A stretch of DNA of 63,802 nt, counting the filler, from Octopus bimaculoides (lineage: Eukaryota): NCBI RefSeq assembly GCF_001194135.2. It is 9 parts of 9 records of this genome, joined end to end, with 100 filler letters (N's around TTAATTAATTAA, not from the genome) between each part and the next. Parts side by side here need not be neighbours in the genome. Positions count along the whole stretch, not along the records: positions 30,185 to 43,964 come from NC_068999.1; positions 44,065 to 51,247 come from NC_068996.1; positions 51,348 to 54,626 come from NC_069003.1; 6 more parts are not named here. One strand, 5' to 3'. Positions within the stretch are counted from its first letter, which is position 1, and the number at the start of each line of letters is the position of its first letter. The notes under the pieces are model-generated. The model did no database searches. It saw nothing but the letters and a program-made list of their open reading frames with translations, and was not told where the DNA came from. Shown piece by piece: positions 38,350-51,404 of the stretch. The position numbers and the translations under genes are program-made.

Positions 38350-38806
38350 TACGTGTACATTTATGCATGCACACGTGCATACATATACATATATATATAA
38401 ATCCATTTAGTTCTATATCTATATAAATATCTAACATATCTTAATATGTATATCTCCCGTGGCTTCTTAATTTCAATGTTGCTCTATGCTTTTACAGACT
38501 CCATTCTAAATCAGAAGAGCGCTAAATGCAGAACCGAATACATAACATATGCAATCATTTAAATCAACAATGGCGGCCATCCAATGCATTTAACAAGCTA
38601 TTTATTTCTCAGAATGATTTCATGCCATCAACATTCTATGCTCGAGCTTCGTTCCTTAAATTACAATCTCTCTCCTCCTTTCCGCACCGCCTTAGTGGAA
38701 ACACACACATTTTCATGAATATGTATACACTTACATAGACATACATACTTAAATACATAGGGGTATAGTTCACGTATGTATATGTATGTATGTATGCATA
38801 TATATT

Positions 38807-38850
<44 letters not shown>

Positions 38851-39412
38851 NNNNNNNNNNNNNNNNNNNNNNNNNNNNNNNNNNNNNNNNNNNNNNNNNN
38901 NNNNNNNNNNNNNNNNNNNNNNNNNNNNNNNNNNNNNNNNNNNNNNNNNNNNNNNNNNNNNNNNNNNNNNNNNNNNNNNNNNNNNNNNNNNNNNNNNNNN
39001 NNNNNNNNNNNNNNNNNNNNNNNNNNNNNNNNNNNNNNNNNNNNNNNNNNNNNNNNNNNNNNNNNNNNNNNNNNNNNNNNNNNNNNNNNNNNNNNNNNNN
39101 NNNNNNNNNNNNNNNNNNNNNNNNNNNNNNNNNNNNNNNNNNNNNNNNNNNNNNNNNNNNNNNNNNNNNNNNNNNNNNNNNNNNNNNNNNNNNNNNNNNN
39201 NNNNNNNNNNNNNNNNNNNNNNNNNNNNNNNNNNNNNNNNNNNNNNNNNNNNNNNNNNNNNNNNNNNNNNNNNNNNNNNNNNNNNNNNNNNNNNNNNNNN
39301 NNNNNNNNNNNNNNNNNNNNNNNNNNNNNNNNNNNNNNNNNNNNNNNNNNNNNNNNNNNNNNNNNNNNNNNNNNNNNNNNNNNNNNNNNNNNNNNNNNNN
39401 NNNNNNNNNNNN

Positions 39413-39748
39413 AGATCAACGGAACAGCCTGCTCGTGAAATTAACGTGCAAGTGGCTGAGCACTCCGCAGACACGTGTACCCTTAACGTAGTTCTCAGGG
39501 AGATTCAGCCTGAGTGACACAGAGTTTGACAAGTCTGGCTCCTTTGAAATACAGGTACAACACAAGCAAGAAGAAAGAGAGAGAGAAAGTTGTGGTGAAA
39601 GAGTACAGTAGGGGTCGCCACAACCCCCTGCTGAAGCCTCATTGGGCGTTAGGTGTTTTCGCTCAAGAAACACTCACAACGCCCTGTCTGGGAGTCGAAA
39701 CCACGATCGAACGTCTGCGAGTCCGCTGCCCTAGCCACCGGAAAACGC
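39413..39748 (-). mobile_element. SINE family C
   Basis: Reverse-complement homology to 16995-17345. Confidence 0.85.
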
Positions 39749-40669
39749 CCTTTGTATTTGAATACTATGCAAATATTCTTTTAAAAAACTCCTCATTTAA
39801 ATTTTTCAAAATTCAATTGTTTTCCATATTTACAGTTGAAAAAGTCTCAATGATTGAAACCAGTACTGAAATGGTTTTTTATAGAATTACTTTAGCATTT
39901 AGTGTGTGCATGCACGTATGTATATGTAGTCTATAAACATACGTAAAAATATGTATGTGTGTGTACGTATATATGTACGTCGGTATTTATGTATATATGT
40001 ATCCATGTTGTTAGGAAGGTATAGTGTTTGTGCTTGTGCGTGTGTATGTGAACATGTATGACTATGTGTGAGAATGTGTGTTTATGTGCGAAAAACAGAG
40101 TCCATTGTCGCTAGCAGTGATCTGCGTCATTCAAAATTTATGTGATAAACTCCGTCAGTCTAAACATGATTTTGTCTCGTGCCGTAACGAGAAACCGAAT
40201 CTCACGATCCGAGCGTGACCTTTCGTCGGAAAAGGAACATAATTTTTCAAGAGGTGACCCATTATATTGCAGTAAATATAATATAAAAAAGGACGGGTTG
40301 CTGTGCACATGATTTGGGTGGAGATAATGATATTTTAAAAAATTCAATAAATACTGAGTAAATGTTGATATCTACACATTCGTAAGAACGTAACGGATAT
40401 TATATTATCTTTAGGTGTCTGTATAGGAAGTAGTGTTGCATGAGTAAGGACGTTGGGGACAGAATTGGTGTGTAGGGGGGAGCGTCCGTGTTTGGACACT
40501 GAGTCAGGAATTGTATAGAATTTGAAGTGATTGTAGGGATCAAAATTAGATCATGGAACTCAAGGATTTCTTAGACAACTTAGAAATCTTTCGGGCAATG
40601 ATTGACTCAGGCTATGTCTAACTTAATAGCATTACCAAATAGGATCTGTTAAGTCAGTTTTAAATCAAG

Positions 40670-40890
40670 TTTTGTGGTGGCATGGTCCATTCAAGTAGGG
40701 AGTTGTTGGTAGAGATGTATCCAGGTAAAGGTAGTTAATCTGGTATCCGTTGAAGAAATTTATCAAGGGTTCGTTTAAAGGTAATGCGATACTTTTCTTT
40801 TATTGTTTTGGAATACTGGTAAATAGAGCAGAGCCCGTCGAGGAAAAGAATTGTATTGCAGTGAATTTATGTGTTCTGAACTTGAATTGT
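40670..40890 (-). mobile_element. CR1-clade LINE ORF2 C-terminal fragment (second family, degenerate)
   Basis: FFSSTGSALFTSIPKQ, then after a frameshift KYRITFKRTLDKFLQRIPD*LPLPGYISTNNSLLEW. Confidence 0.7.
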
Positions 40891-40894
40891 GTAG

Positions 40895-41130
40895 GGTATG
40901 TCTCCACTGTCCTGTTTTGGTTCCCAAATTTGAACCTCTATAAATTCAAGACTGATATTGTCGTTGAATACTCAAAATGAGGAGTAGATGGACAGCTGAC
41001 AACTGATGAAGGGTCGTTCTCTGTGTTGCTTGTCCTGTTTTCCAGTTTTTCGTCACGTTGTTTGCATATTTAACACGTTTGTTTTCGTACTTCATGTTGT
41101 TTACACAGTTGGTGACGTCCTGTACCCATA
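40895..41130 (+). mobile_element. Unclassified interspersed repeat, possibly a PLE terminus
   Basis: Contains actgatgaaggg (a half hammerhead box) and ends next to a microsatellite; family identity is inferred. Confidence 0.3.
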
Positions 41131-41157
41131 TATGCATATCTGTGTGTGTGTGTGTGC

Positions 41158-41188
<31 letters not shown>

Positions 41189-41252
41189 TGAGTGTGTGTG
41201 TGTATGCATGTATGTATGCATGTATGTATGTATGTATGTATGTATATATATG

Positions 41253-41323
<71 letters not shown>

Positions 41324-41598
41324 TGTATGTGAAGTATGTGTGTGCCGTATTATTGTCAGATTGTCAGTGATTGTGCTGGAGAAGTTGGAGGCGATGTTGT
41401 TGTTGATGATGATGATGATGTTTATGATTCCTCTAATGATAAGGACTTCGGATACTTGCAGTGGTGGCGGCGGTAGAGGCGAGGAGGATGTCGGAGGAGG
41501 ATGTCCGAGGAGGAAATGGCTGGAAAGAAGTTCGGTACTTGTACGAGAAAAAATGAAAGAAAAAGAGGAGAGAGAGAGAGAAAATGTGGTAGAGTGTG

Positions 41599-41601
<3 letters not shown>

Positions 41602-41679
<78 letters not shown>
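41602..41679. repeat. (GA)n microsatellite
   Basis: Direct reading. Confidence 0.95.
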
Positions 41680-41683
<4 letters not shown>

Positions 41684-41909
41684 GGGGATGGGGTTACTGA
41701 AGTGAGACATTGTCTGTTGGTAAATAACCAACAGATCTCACTAAATTAAAAGTCTCTAAAGAGAAATATGATAAACCGAAGAGCAACCACAAATATTTAC
41801 TTCATCTCATCTTCAATATTCTCCTCTTTCTCACCTTTACCATCTTCTTGGCATGTTTCACCTTCAGCTTGGTCTTGCTCTTTTCGTCGTCATAGTCGTC
41901 GTCTTTGCC

Positions 41910-41910
41910 G

Positions 41911-41942
<32 letters not shown>

Positions 41943-41993
41943 CTTCTTCTTCTTCTTCTTCTTCTTCTTCTTCTTCTTCTTCTTCTTCTTCTT
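41910..41993. repeat. (GTT)n(CTT)n compound microsatellite
   Basis: Direct reading. Confidence 0.95.
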
Positions 41994-42720
41994 TTCGTGG
42001 TTTTCTTATTTTACGTAATTTTTTGGGAGGGTGTGGGGAGTATTAGTGTTATTGTTATTCTTCTTATTATTTTCTTCATTGTTGTTGTTGCTGTGGTTGT
42101 TGTTGTTGTTGTTAGGGTTTTCTTCTTGTTCTTCTTCTTGATGGTTTTCTTATTATTTTTCTTCTTTGTTGTTGTGTTGTTGTTGTTGTTGTTGTTGCCA
42201 TTGTTATTCTTGCTGTTGGTANNNNNNNNNNNNNNNNNNNNNNNNNNNNNNNNNNNNNNNNNNNNNNNNNNNNNNNNNNNNNNNNNNNNNNNNNNNNNNN
42301 NNNNNNNNNNNNNNNNNNNNNNNNNNNNNNNNNNNNNNNNNNNNNNNNNNNNNNNNNNNNNNNNNNNNNNNNNNNNNNNNNNNNNNNNNNNNNNNNNNNN
42401 NNNNNNNNNNNNNNNNNNNNNNNNNNNNNNNNNNNNNNNNNNNNNNAGAAACACCCGGCCTTGTCAGTTGCAGTAAAAGTTTTGGTATTCAAGAAACGAA
42501 ATTCCTATTCCAATCGTCTGTGACCTTCCTTCCTTCCTTCCTTCCTTCATTCCTTCCTTCCTTATTTCTTTCTTTTCCTTGTTCTTTCTTGCATAAGCCT
42601 TTTCTTTCTTCTTTCTTCCCTTCTTTCTTTCCTTCCTTCTTTATCTCATTTTCTTCTTAATTTTTTCTTCATTCTGTCTTTCCATATTTCCGTTCTTCTT
42701 TCTTTCACTAACATTTTCCT

Positions 42721-42752
<32 letters not shown>

Positions 42753-42844
42753 TCCCTGCGACCTTCTTTCGTCCCTTCTTCCTTTCTTTTCCTCCCCTCC
42801 CCTTTCTGTTTTCCGCCTCTGCCTTCCATTCTTCTCTCACGTCT

Positions 42845-42960
42845 TTGTCCGCAAATTCCATTCGCGAAACTTTGGTCGTCCCGAGGCCATAACAGAAGGA
42901 CACCTAGGTTACTGCACAGAAGGCCTGAACTCGAAACCACGCGGTCGCAAAACGAACTTT
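42845..42960 (-). mobile_element. SINE family A 5' half, strongly diverged
   Basis: The minus strand reads gtggtttcgagttcagg...tatggcctcgggacgaccaaag. Confidence 0.55.
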
Positions 42961-43369
42961 CTTAGTTATTTTTACGATTTTCTGATGCTTTCCAGTCACA
43001 TATTCTTCTTCTTGGTTTCGATATCCCATCCCAACCTCACCCCAATTATTCACTAAGTAACGCAAAATCAAAGCAGGAAAAGCAGGTTCGAAAATTCTCA
43101 AATTTCTGAAACGCTTATTATTATTGTGGTATTTTGCCATTACATCCCTTCGGTAGGAAGACGCTAAGTCAAGTGGTTATGACTGCTGTGCACACGATCA
43201 TAAGTGCTGGTGTCCGATGCCTAGACAATATTCCTAAGTAAAACTCATCAATCTACATTGCTCCCATTTGTAGGGCATGATTGGCAAAGTAAAATAATTT
43301 GCAAGGCCAGCTATCATCAGCAAGAAAGGTAAGATTAACACATAAATACGAGACACTACATAGAAACAT

Positions 43370-43490
43370 GTCGAAATTTCTCCCCAAGACACCTGATGAT
43401 GGTTGGAGGTTATATCAGCCGAAACGTTGTGTTAACAACAAACAAGATGAGGACAAATATCCGTCAAATGTAAATAATGTAAATAATGTA
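43370..43490 (+). mobile_element. Tail fragment of the same hammerhead-bearing element
   Basis: Matches 58320-58433 and the reverse complement of 57903-58000; ends in (AATGTAAAT)n. Confidence 0.75.
43388..43433 (+). ncRNA. Minimal type I hammerhead ribozyme (dimer-type stem III)
   Basis: Stem I GACAC/GUGUU; CUGAUGA plus one extra nt; stem II GGUUG/CAGCC; GAAA; palindromic ACGU stem III; GUU site. Confidence 0.6.
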
Positions 43491-43915
43491 GAAACTCCGA
43501 TGTTCAGACATGTGAACCTTTGGAGATCCTAAATTGAAGGGAAGCTGTAAAAAAAATACGATAAAGAAAAATAAAGGACCCGGCAACGAGGTTTGAACAC
43601 AGGACCGCGAGATCACCTTGAACAATGCCATAATAAAAAAAATAATAACAAGCATGAAGCTAGACGTTTATCGATTGAGCCAAGGTAGTTCTTTGCTCGA
43701 AACAAATATAATTGAACTCTTAGTAGTTATGTAAGAAATCGATATGAAAGGATAAAAAGATAAAAAGAAAGAGGAAAAGAGAGAGAGAGAGTGATAACAA
43801 TGGCGATGACTGTTCATCTGGAAGACTTCAATACCGTTCGTTAAGATACCTTAACGAATGTCATCGTCAGCTGCGTACTGATTAAGTATCTGCCCTCTAC
43901 CTCGCATTCGCATAT

Positions 43916-43964
<49 letters not shown>

Positions 43965-44065
43965 NNNNNNNNNNNNNNNNNNNNNNNNNNNNNNNNNNNN
44001 NNNNNNNNTTAATTAATTAANNNNNNNNNNNNNNNNNNNNNNNNNNNNNNNNNNNNNNNNNNNNA

Positions 44066-44471
44066 GAACAGGACAAAATGAGAAATATACAGAATAAAGA
44101 ATTATCTATGGCCTGCTGCAGTTTCGGACATTAACGTTTTACTTTCGTAACATCCGTGTTCTCATATCTGAACAGAACCGCTTTTGACACAGAGAATCGG
44201 GAGCCCTTTTGGTCATTCTATTTTCCTTGCTGGAAGGGTTCCTAACCCATGAGCAAAGAGGGGTTAGATAATGGCGGTGGTGTTTTCAAAGGGATGGCAT
44301 GTGTAACCTGATCACCTCTGCCGATCAAACGCTCAACCCATGCACCCCAGTTGCAACACTGATTCTGCCCAAATTTGACGTCATGTTACTTAGTTTGGTT
44401 TGAAATAAAGAACACTTGATTAGCTTAATAATCCCAACTTAATCCCGGGCAAAGCCGGGCTATACTGCTAG
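44066..44471 (+). mobile_element. Helitron-like 3' terminus (non-autonomous; 5' extent unknown)
   Basis: Hairpin CCCGG-GCAAAG-CCGGG (44444-44459), followed 8 nt later by CTAG|T (44468-44472). Confidence 0.6.
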
Positions 44472-44735
44472 TAATTACTATGGCGCGATGTGTAGATTAT
44501 ATTGTATAAAGGATTGTGGGTAAGGCCAGAACAATGCGAAGTAAATGCAAGGTAAATCACTAAAAAACAAATACATGAATTATTGTAGATTTGCATTCAA
44601 TATTTTGGGGTCATAAACAGGGTCATTACCCCGAAATATTGAAAACAAGGTAAGTCTGCATTAATTCATATATATTTTTTCTTGTGATTTGCCTTGCATT
44701 TAATTCGCATTGAACTGGCCTTACCCACGATCCAT

Positions 44736-44836
<101 letters not shown>

Positions 44837-44841
44837 GGACA

Positions 44842-44890
<49 letters not shown>

Positions 44891-46430
44891 TAGTGAGGGA
44901 TTATCAATCCGGAAAAATTATTTCAATGGGTCTCTGTTGGCACACCAGGCCAACAATATTACTGAGATTAGCGAAGAACTCCAAGTAATCTTTTAGTAGC
45001 TTCCCAAGTTATGGTTCATTACCACTCTATATTGTAAAACCTTGGATAAGTAATGGCAACGGCATATAAGAAAATATATTCAAATCACACAATAGAAAAT
45101 TTTCAAAGTATGATAGCCAAAATTTATGGAAAATATAAATATGTAGTTCTGCATGAATTATCTTAGATTAGAATGTTTGAGGAAATATTTCAAACACGTT
45201 ACGAAGTTGTTATCACATTAAGGGTGAGGGAAAGCATAGCCCCTTACCTTAAAGGTGACATATTTTGCAATGCTATTGAGTTTCGTAAATTGGGCTTATT
45301 TAGTGCATTTGCTTATTTAGATTATATGGATGAATGTATGTATGTATGGATGGATGGATGGATCAACTACACAAAAAGGAGGTGTCTGAATTGTAGAGGT
45401 AAATATCGGGACAATATTAGGGTTAATTTTCAATTGGTTATTGTTATCACTAGCTTAAATATCATTTTTTATATTTTTTTTATTTATTTATTTTATAAAT
45501 CATAGCAACATATACAAGTACGCTAAATTCCACATAATATAAAACTCAATCGGCAAGTGCATCTTCTTTATAGACATCTTAAATATATATGACAAAATTC
45601 CATCGATTAATTTAATTAAATTTATTGAATTCAACTTGGCGTGAGTTATGTCGTCTATCTATGATTGACTTTCAAAAGTTTTAATACCAGACTCATCTCC
45701 AGCACCTGAAATAGCAGCCGACCGACGAACTAGTAAAGCACATACAATGTGTATGTGTGTTTAATATTATTTACAATACTTGAGCTACATCTAATTCATG
45801 ATTGAATAAACACATGCATATGCATTTATATCCGGAAAATGAAAAACAAGAGAACTTATTCGTACATTATTTAGATACGTCATCTTACGCGTTAAGAAGC
45901 ATTTATAAGCAGACTGCATTGTCAAATCCTCAGAGACTACACAATTCTTATTAGTATACGTTACTATTTAAAATGGAATTACGAAGGTGGTGTAGTATTA
46001 ACTATCACAGCAGCTATATTAAATTAGGTTACAGAATTAGCTTATACACTTATTCGCTGAAACAAAAATATATCTTATCACAGTAGATAAAAATACGTAT
46101 GTGGCCATAATGCTCTTGAACAGAGGAGATATGTAGTCAAAGACGTCAGGTTTCTAAGTCCACAGCATGATATTACTATGATTTATCATTCGTGTTGACT
46201 GTTTGGATGCAAATTACCGCCTATCCATCCTTACGTCTGCTGGCTGGAACGTGTCTCGACGCATGTATATCGTGATTACGTAAACAACTCTGCATTTGTA
46301 TATACAATTATATACAATAATGTAGACAGACAAATAGACATAGAGATACATAAATGGACAGGTAAATATATTACACATATATACGTGTGCATACATACAT
46401 ATGTTTTACGTATCTTGTGTGTATATATTA

Positions 46431-46495
<65 letters not shown>

Positions 46496-46701
46496 NNNNN
46501 NNNNNNNNNNNNNNNNNNNNNNNNNNNNNNNNNNNNNNTATATATATGTATACATGCATATATATATGTGTATATATACTTCAAAATTATCTATATACTT
46601 ATAAGATAAGGATATCATCATAAAAATGATTATATCAGTGACCTAGCACATAAAAATGACCACATAGGTAACATTAATTTTTTTTTTACGTATATAATTA
46701 T

Positions 46702-46988
46702 AAATATATAATTATAGTTAAGGGCTACTGGAAATAACCAGCGCCAATGCTAGAAATAGGTGTCAAATACTTACAATCCACTCTACAATTTGTTCACTAT
46801 ATTCAACCACAGATAGAAATGCGAGGAAATGAGCAAGAAAATACAAAGAATATTTTCTCATTTCCTCGTGTTCGTACCTATGGTTTAATAGAGAGAACAA
46901 ATTTTAACGTGGATTGTAAGTATTTGACACCTATTTCTAGCATTGGCGCTGGTCATTTCCAGTAGCCCTTAACTATAATTATATATTT
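46702..46988. repeat. 287-bp palindrome, outer arms 79/80 identical
   Basis: 46702-46781 versus 46909-46988; the interior is also self-complementary. Confidence 0.9.
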
Positions 46989-47112
46989 GTGTGTGTGCGT
47001 GTGTGTATGCGTGTGTGTATATGTATATGTGTGCATGTATGTATGTATTAATATTTAAAGAGATACATACATAGACATATACATACATGCATATATATAT
47101 ATTATATATATG

Positions 47113-47250
<138 letters not shown>

Positions 47251-47266
47251 TACACACACACACACA

Positions 47267-48533
47267 CAGATGGTGCAGTGAATAAATTGTCTAATTGACG
47301 CAAAAATCAAAATAATATTGACATCTCGTTTTAACAGATGTATTCACCAAAATTACATAAAAGTATCTTGAAATACTGAAGAGTAAATTTATTCAATAAA
47401 ATCGCCATTGGCTTCAACCACGGCCTCCAAACGACTTCGGAATCTTCTGCAGCTCTTCTGGACGGTCTCTTTGTTTAAATTAGTGAACGCTGCCATAATC
47501 TTTACCTTCAGTTCATATTTAGTGTTACAAGGGGTTTTGTCATCTCTCGTTCAACTGCGCCCCACATATAATAATCGAGGAGGTTACAGTCTGGGAAGTT
47601 AGGCGGCCAGACGTTATGGGTGATGTGGTCGCAGAAATTGTCAGATGGCCATGACTGGAATCTCCTGCCTGTGTGGCATGGTACAGAGTCATGTTGTCAG
47701 ACATAGGTGTCATCCAGCAGCCACCGTCTTGACCCAGGGCAGCACTATTCCATCTAGGCACTTGATGTAGGACACCGTGTTGAATCTGAGGTCGTGTGGG
47801 ACGATGAATGTAGGCATAACGTTGCCATCACTAGTGATCATTCCAAATACCATGATGTTGACTGGATGTTTAATTTTTTTTTACTCCCGTTACACGTTTT
47901 GGGGACACGGAAAACCTACGGTTGTTCTCTGTGTTCACCATCCTATCCTGGCAGAATTTTTTCTCGTTTGAGAAAATCCAAAACATGATCGGTTGGTGAG
48001 GATGCTTGAGTTTGTTCAAAAGCTTCGTAGCACTGTTTCCTCTTGTTCTTGATGGCTTGAGATAAAAATTGGCCCTTTCTCATCTTGTATCGGGAATACC
48101 GAATGTCTTCATGCACTACAGTCCTAATAAGAAACTCAAACACTTCCATGTCCCTAGCGATGGACCTGATCGGACCATTGTCTAGATCTCACCAACGAAT
48201 TCAGTTCTTTTCTTATTATATGGATCAGAGTGAGTTTTTCGAACAATCGTACCTTCATAATGATGATTAGATTCATCCAACTCTTTCTGAATCCTCTGCA
48301 CTCTCCTCAGATTGACACCCAAACACTCTGAAATGTTCGTATTGGAGTTCCCTGAGTGAATACCAAGCAGTACGTCGGTTCAAAATTTCTGGCAAAGTGA
48401 ATTGCGTCATGGTGCTGCTTTTCTCAAAGACAGTGCCCAACGGATCCTACTGTACTGTGTAGTCGACAAAATCAAAGACAAACAATGCGCAAAATAAAAA
48501 TATAAATGGCGACAATTTATCCATCGCGCCCTG
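47267..48533 (-). mobile_element. maT-type (DD37D) transposon, near full length, decayed
   Basis: Imperfect TIRs CAGGGCGCGATGGATAAATTGTC / CAGATGGTGCAGTGAATAAATTGTC; HDSVPCH...WPPNFPDCNLLD gives D-x37-D. Confidence 0.85.
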
Positions 48534-48541
48534 TGTATATG

Positions 48542-48664
<123 letters not shown>

Positions 48665-49192
48665 ACTCACATATATACATACATACTTGTATACATACTT
48701 ATACATATTTACACGCACACACAGGCATATACACAAACGTAGATACATACACGGATAAAAAATTTACCCGCTCATAGGAATTTAAATACCTTATTATTTA
48801 CATTTGTTTTTTTTATTTTCTTATATGTTGATATATGTACGTATATATGTACAGCACATGTTCTGTTATACTCCGAGCTACACATATATGCGTCCTTTTA
48901 AACTTTCATACGTGCCGATATTGACACACCTATAGGTCTCAATATTTCTGTTCACACATATACGATCATATGATGTTGCATACGTAAGCAGAGACCGTGA
49001 GGAAATAGTTTAATATTAACAAAGATTAGATGAATCATGATTACAAAAATAATGCATACATGCGTGCGCCTGTGTGAGTACGAGTGCGCGTGCGCCTGTG
49101 TGATTGCGCGTGCGTGTGCATTTGTATATATGTATACGTATATTTATATGTAGATGTGTGTGTGTTTGTGTGTGTGTGTGTCTTAAAATATT

Positions 49193-49660
49193 TAGGAGGT
49201 ATGGTAGTTGAATATATTTATTTAACCACTTGATGTCCATAGAATTTTGTCCGTTTCGCAGCCTTCATCAAGTAACAATAATTTGAGTGTATAATAGATT
49301 ATTCTACATGCCTGCACTAATACGCGAGGTATACATTGCACAGTATAATTGTGCAATCATTAATCAATGCAGATATAGAAAGCTAGCTCTTCAGATCGCC
49401 AGAACGTCGTGGTTGCACCAATGCTTCAAATGTCTAGAACATTAGAGTTCTGGCGATCTGAAGAGCTAGGCTTCTATATTTGCATTAATTAATAATTGTA
49501 TAGTTATACTGTGCAATGTATAGCATGCGTATTTGTGCGGATATGTAAAATAATTTATCATGCGCTAAAATTATTATTACACAATGAAGGCTATGAAACG
49601 GATGTAAACCTATGGATATCAAATGGGTAAATAAATATATTTACATCTCATACCCCCTGA
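49193..49660. mobile_element. Foldback element with ~215-bp arms and ~40-bp spacer
   Basis: ctagctcttcagatcgccagaac / gttctggcgatctgaagagctag; the arms stay alignable out to (T/C)AGG.GGTATG termini. Confidence 0.8.
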
Positions 49661-49763
49661 CACGAAATAATTTCATAGATGAGATCTCCTGTATTTCACC
49701 TGCGTAAAATATACATTATACTTTTTCGTATTGGATTACTATGTGGTATGGTAGCCGGATCCA

Positions 49764-49819
<56 letters not shown>

Positions 49820-50682
49820 TGTATGTATATGGTGAGCACCTGCTGTCGGGAAAGCATTCAACTTTTTTTCGGTATGAGTACATTCTAATAAAGTTGCTTC
49901 AATAATAGAATCCTCTTATCCATTATTAGATAATCGAAATATTCCTTCCACAGCAGTACATATATGGAGATCATTCATTCTGTACCTCATTCTGGTTGAA
50001 GTGGAGACTTTACCTCTCCTATGATCAAGAAAAAAGCTTACCAAAACTTTTCAGTCATGAACAGCGAAGCTAATTTTCACGTAATTTATCTCCAACTAGA
50101 TTATTTGAAATTTTCTTAAATGCTTTAAAGATATTATAATGAGTTATGAGAGTTGTTTGGTCAAGTCCTCAGAAAGGTTTCCTCTTTGTTTTGAGGTTCG
50201 CATCATAATATGTTTTCATTATATTCCATTTCATTAATATTCTACTTACTGTTACATATAAAGCGCATTATCTTGCGGACAAAACATCAATGCACCATCT
50301 ACTAGAGTTCATAAATAAGATGTTCTCAAGTTTTGCTTCACCCGCACATACCTTCGTTGATGCTTCTATAGCCATACTTAATCTCAACAACAAATACGCA
50401 AACCTATCCTACAGCGATCTCCACAAAATTCTCAAAACTGGACATCGTGCCTCTGTTCTATTCAAAAGGCCCAAAACATAAATAAGAATTCATCCTCTCA
50501 ATATTGTACATTCACTAGTCATGAACAGAAAATAAATAAAACCTGTCACTCACATAACTAGCTAGCCGTTTCACTTTCCATAATGTATCAATGCAATCGC
50601 AAACGTATCAATGCAATCGCAAAACACACCCAATGAACTATTCTTCAAGTGTTATATCACTTTTCTATGACACTTTAAGTCA

Positions 50683-51138
50683 GCAAGGATATTGAAAGTG
50701 AGGTTGTTTCTGGCAACAGTGATACTCGTTCTTATGTATGGGGCTGAAACATGGACGCTCACTAAAGCATTGAAGAAGCAGTTGGACGGTTGTTATATGA
50801 GGATACTTAGAATGGCATTTAATGTCTCCTGGAAGAGTCATACAACAAACGCCGATTTATACCAAGGACCATCAAGAGTAACATTGAAGATACAGCATAG
50901 TAGAATGAAGCTAACTGGACACTGCATCAGACACACCCATGAAATTGCTAACAAATTGCTCTGACAACCAACAGTAGGAAGAACCAACCAGTAGAGGAAG
51001 GGGGAAGACGATCTATATCGACAACTTACTAGAGGATACTGGTATTGAAGGGGTACAGGAGCTGAGGACCATTATGGAAGATCGAGATGAATGGGGAAAA
51101 TGTGTGGAAACAGTCTTGGGGCATCGTAAGGGACGACC

Positions 51139-51140
<2 letters not shown>
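50683..51140 (+). mobile_element. RTE/RTEX-type LINE 3' end with (AGAT)n tail
   Basis: LMYGAETWTLTK...LDGCYMRILRMAFNVSWKSH...LTGHCIRH...MEDRDEW, with stops or frameshifts, followed by (AGAT)n. Confidence 0.85.
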
Positions 51141-51192
<52 letters not shown>

Positions 51193-51347
51193 CATTTCTT
51201 TTATTAGCCACACAGGGATCAACAAAGATGGGACGAATACAATGTAGNNNNNNNNNNNNNNNNNNNNNNNNNNNNNNNNNNNNNNNNNNNNTTAATTAAT
51301 TAANNNNNNNNNNNNNNNNNNNNNNNNNNNNNNNNNNNNNNNNNNNN

Positions 51348-51404
<57 letters not shown>

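Noticed and set aside
41008-41030. CTGATGAAGGG as a complete hammerhead
   Set aside because: No matching stem II partner or GAAA box downstream.
41770-42221. Low-complexity N/K/E-rich coding exon
   Set aside because: Trinucleotide microsatellite mosaic with stops and frame changes.
49245-49275. Hammerhead-like TTGATGAAGGCTGCGAAACGG on the minus strand of a foldback arm
   Set aside because: No stem II, and the motif is not preserved in the opposite arm.
50582-50622. 20-bp tandem duplication (gtatcaatgcaatcgcaaa)
   Set aside because: Ordinary slippage duplication with no further structure.
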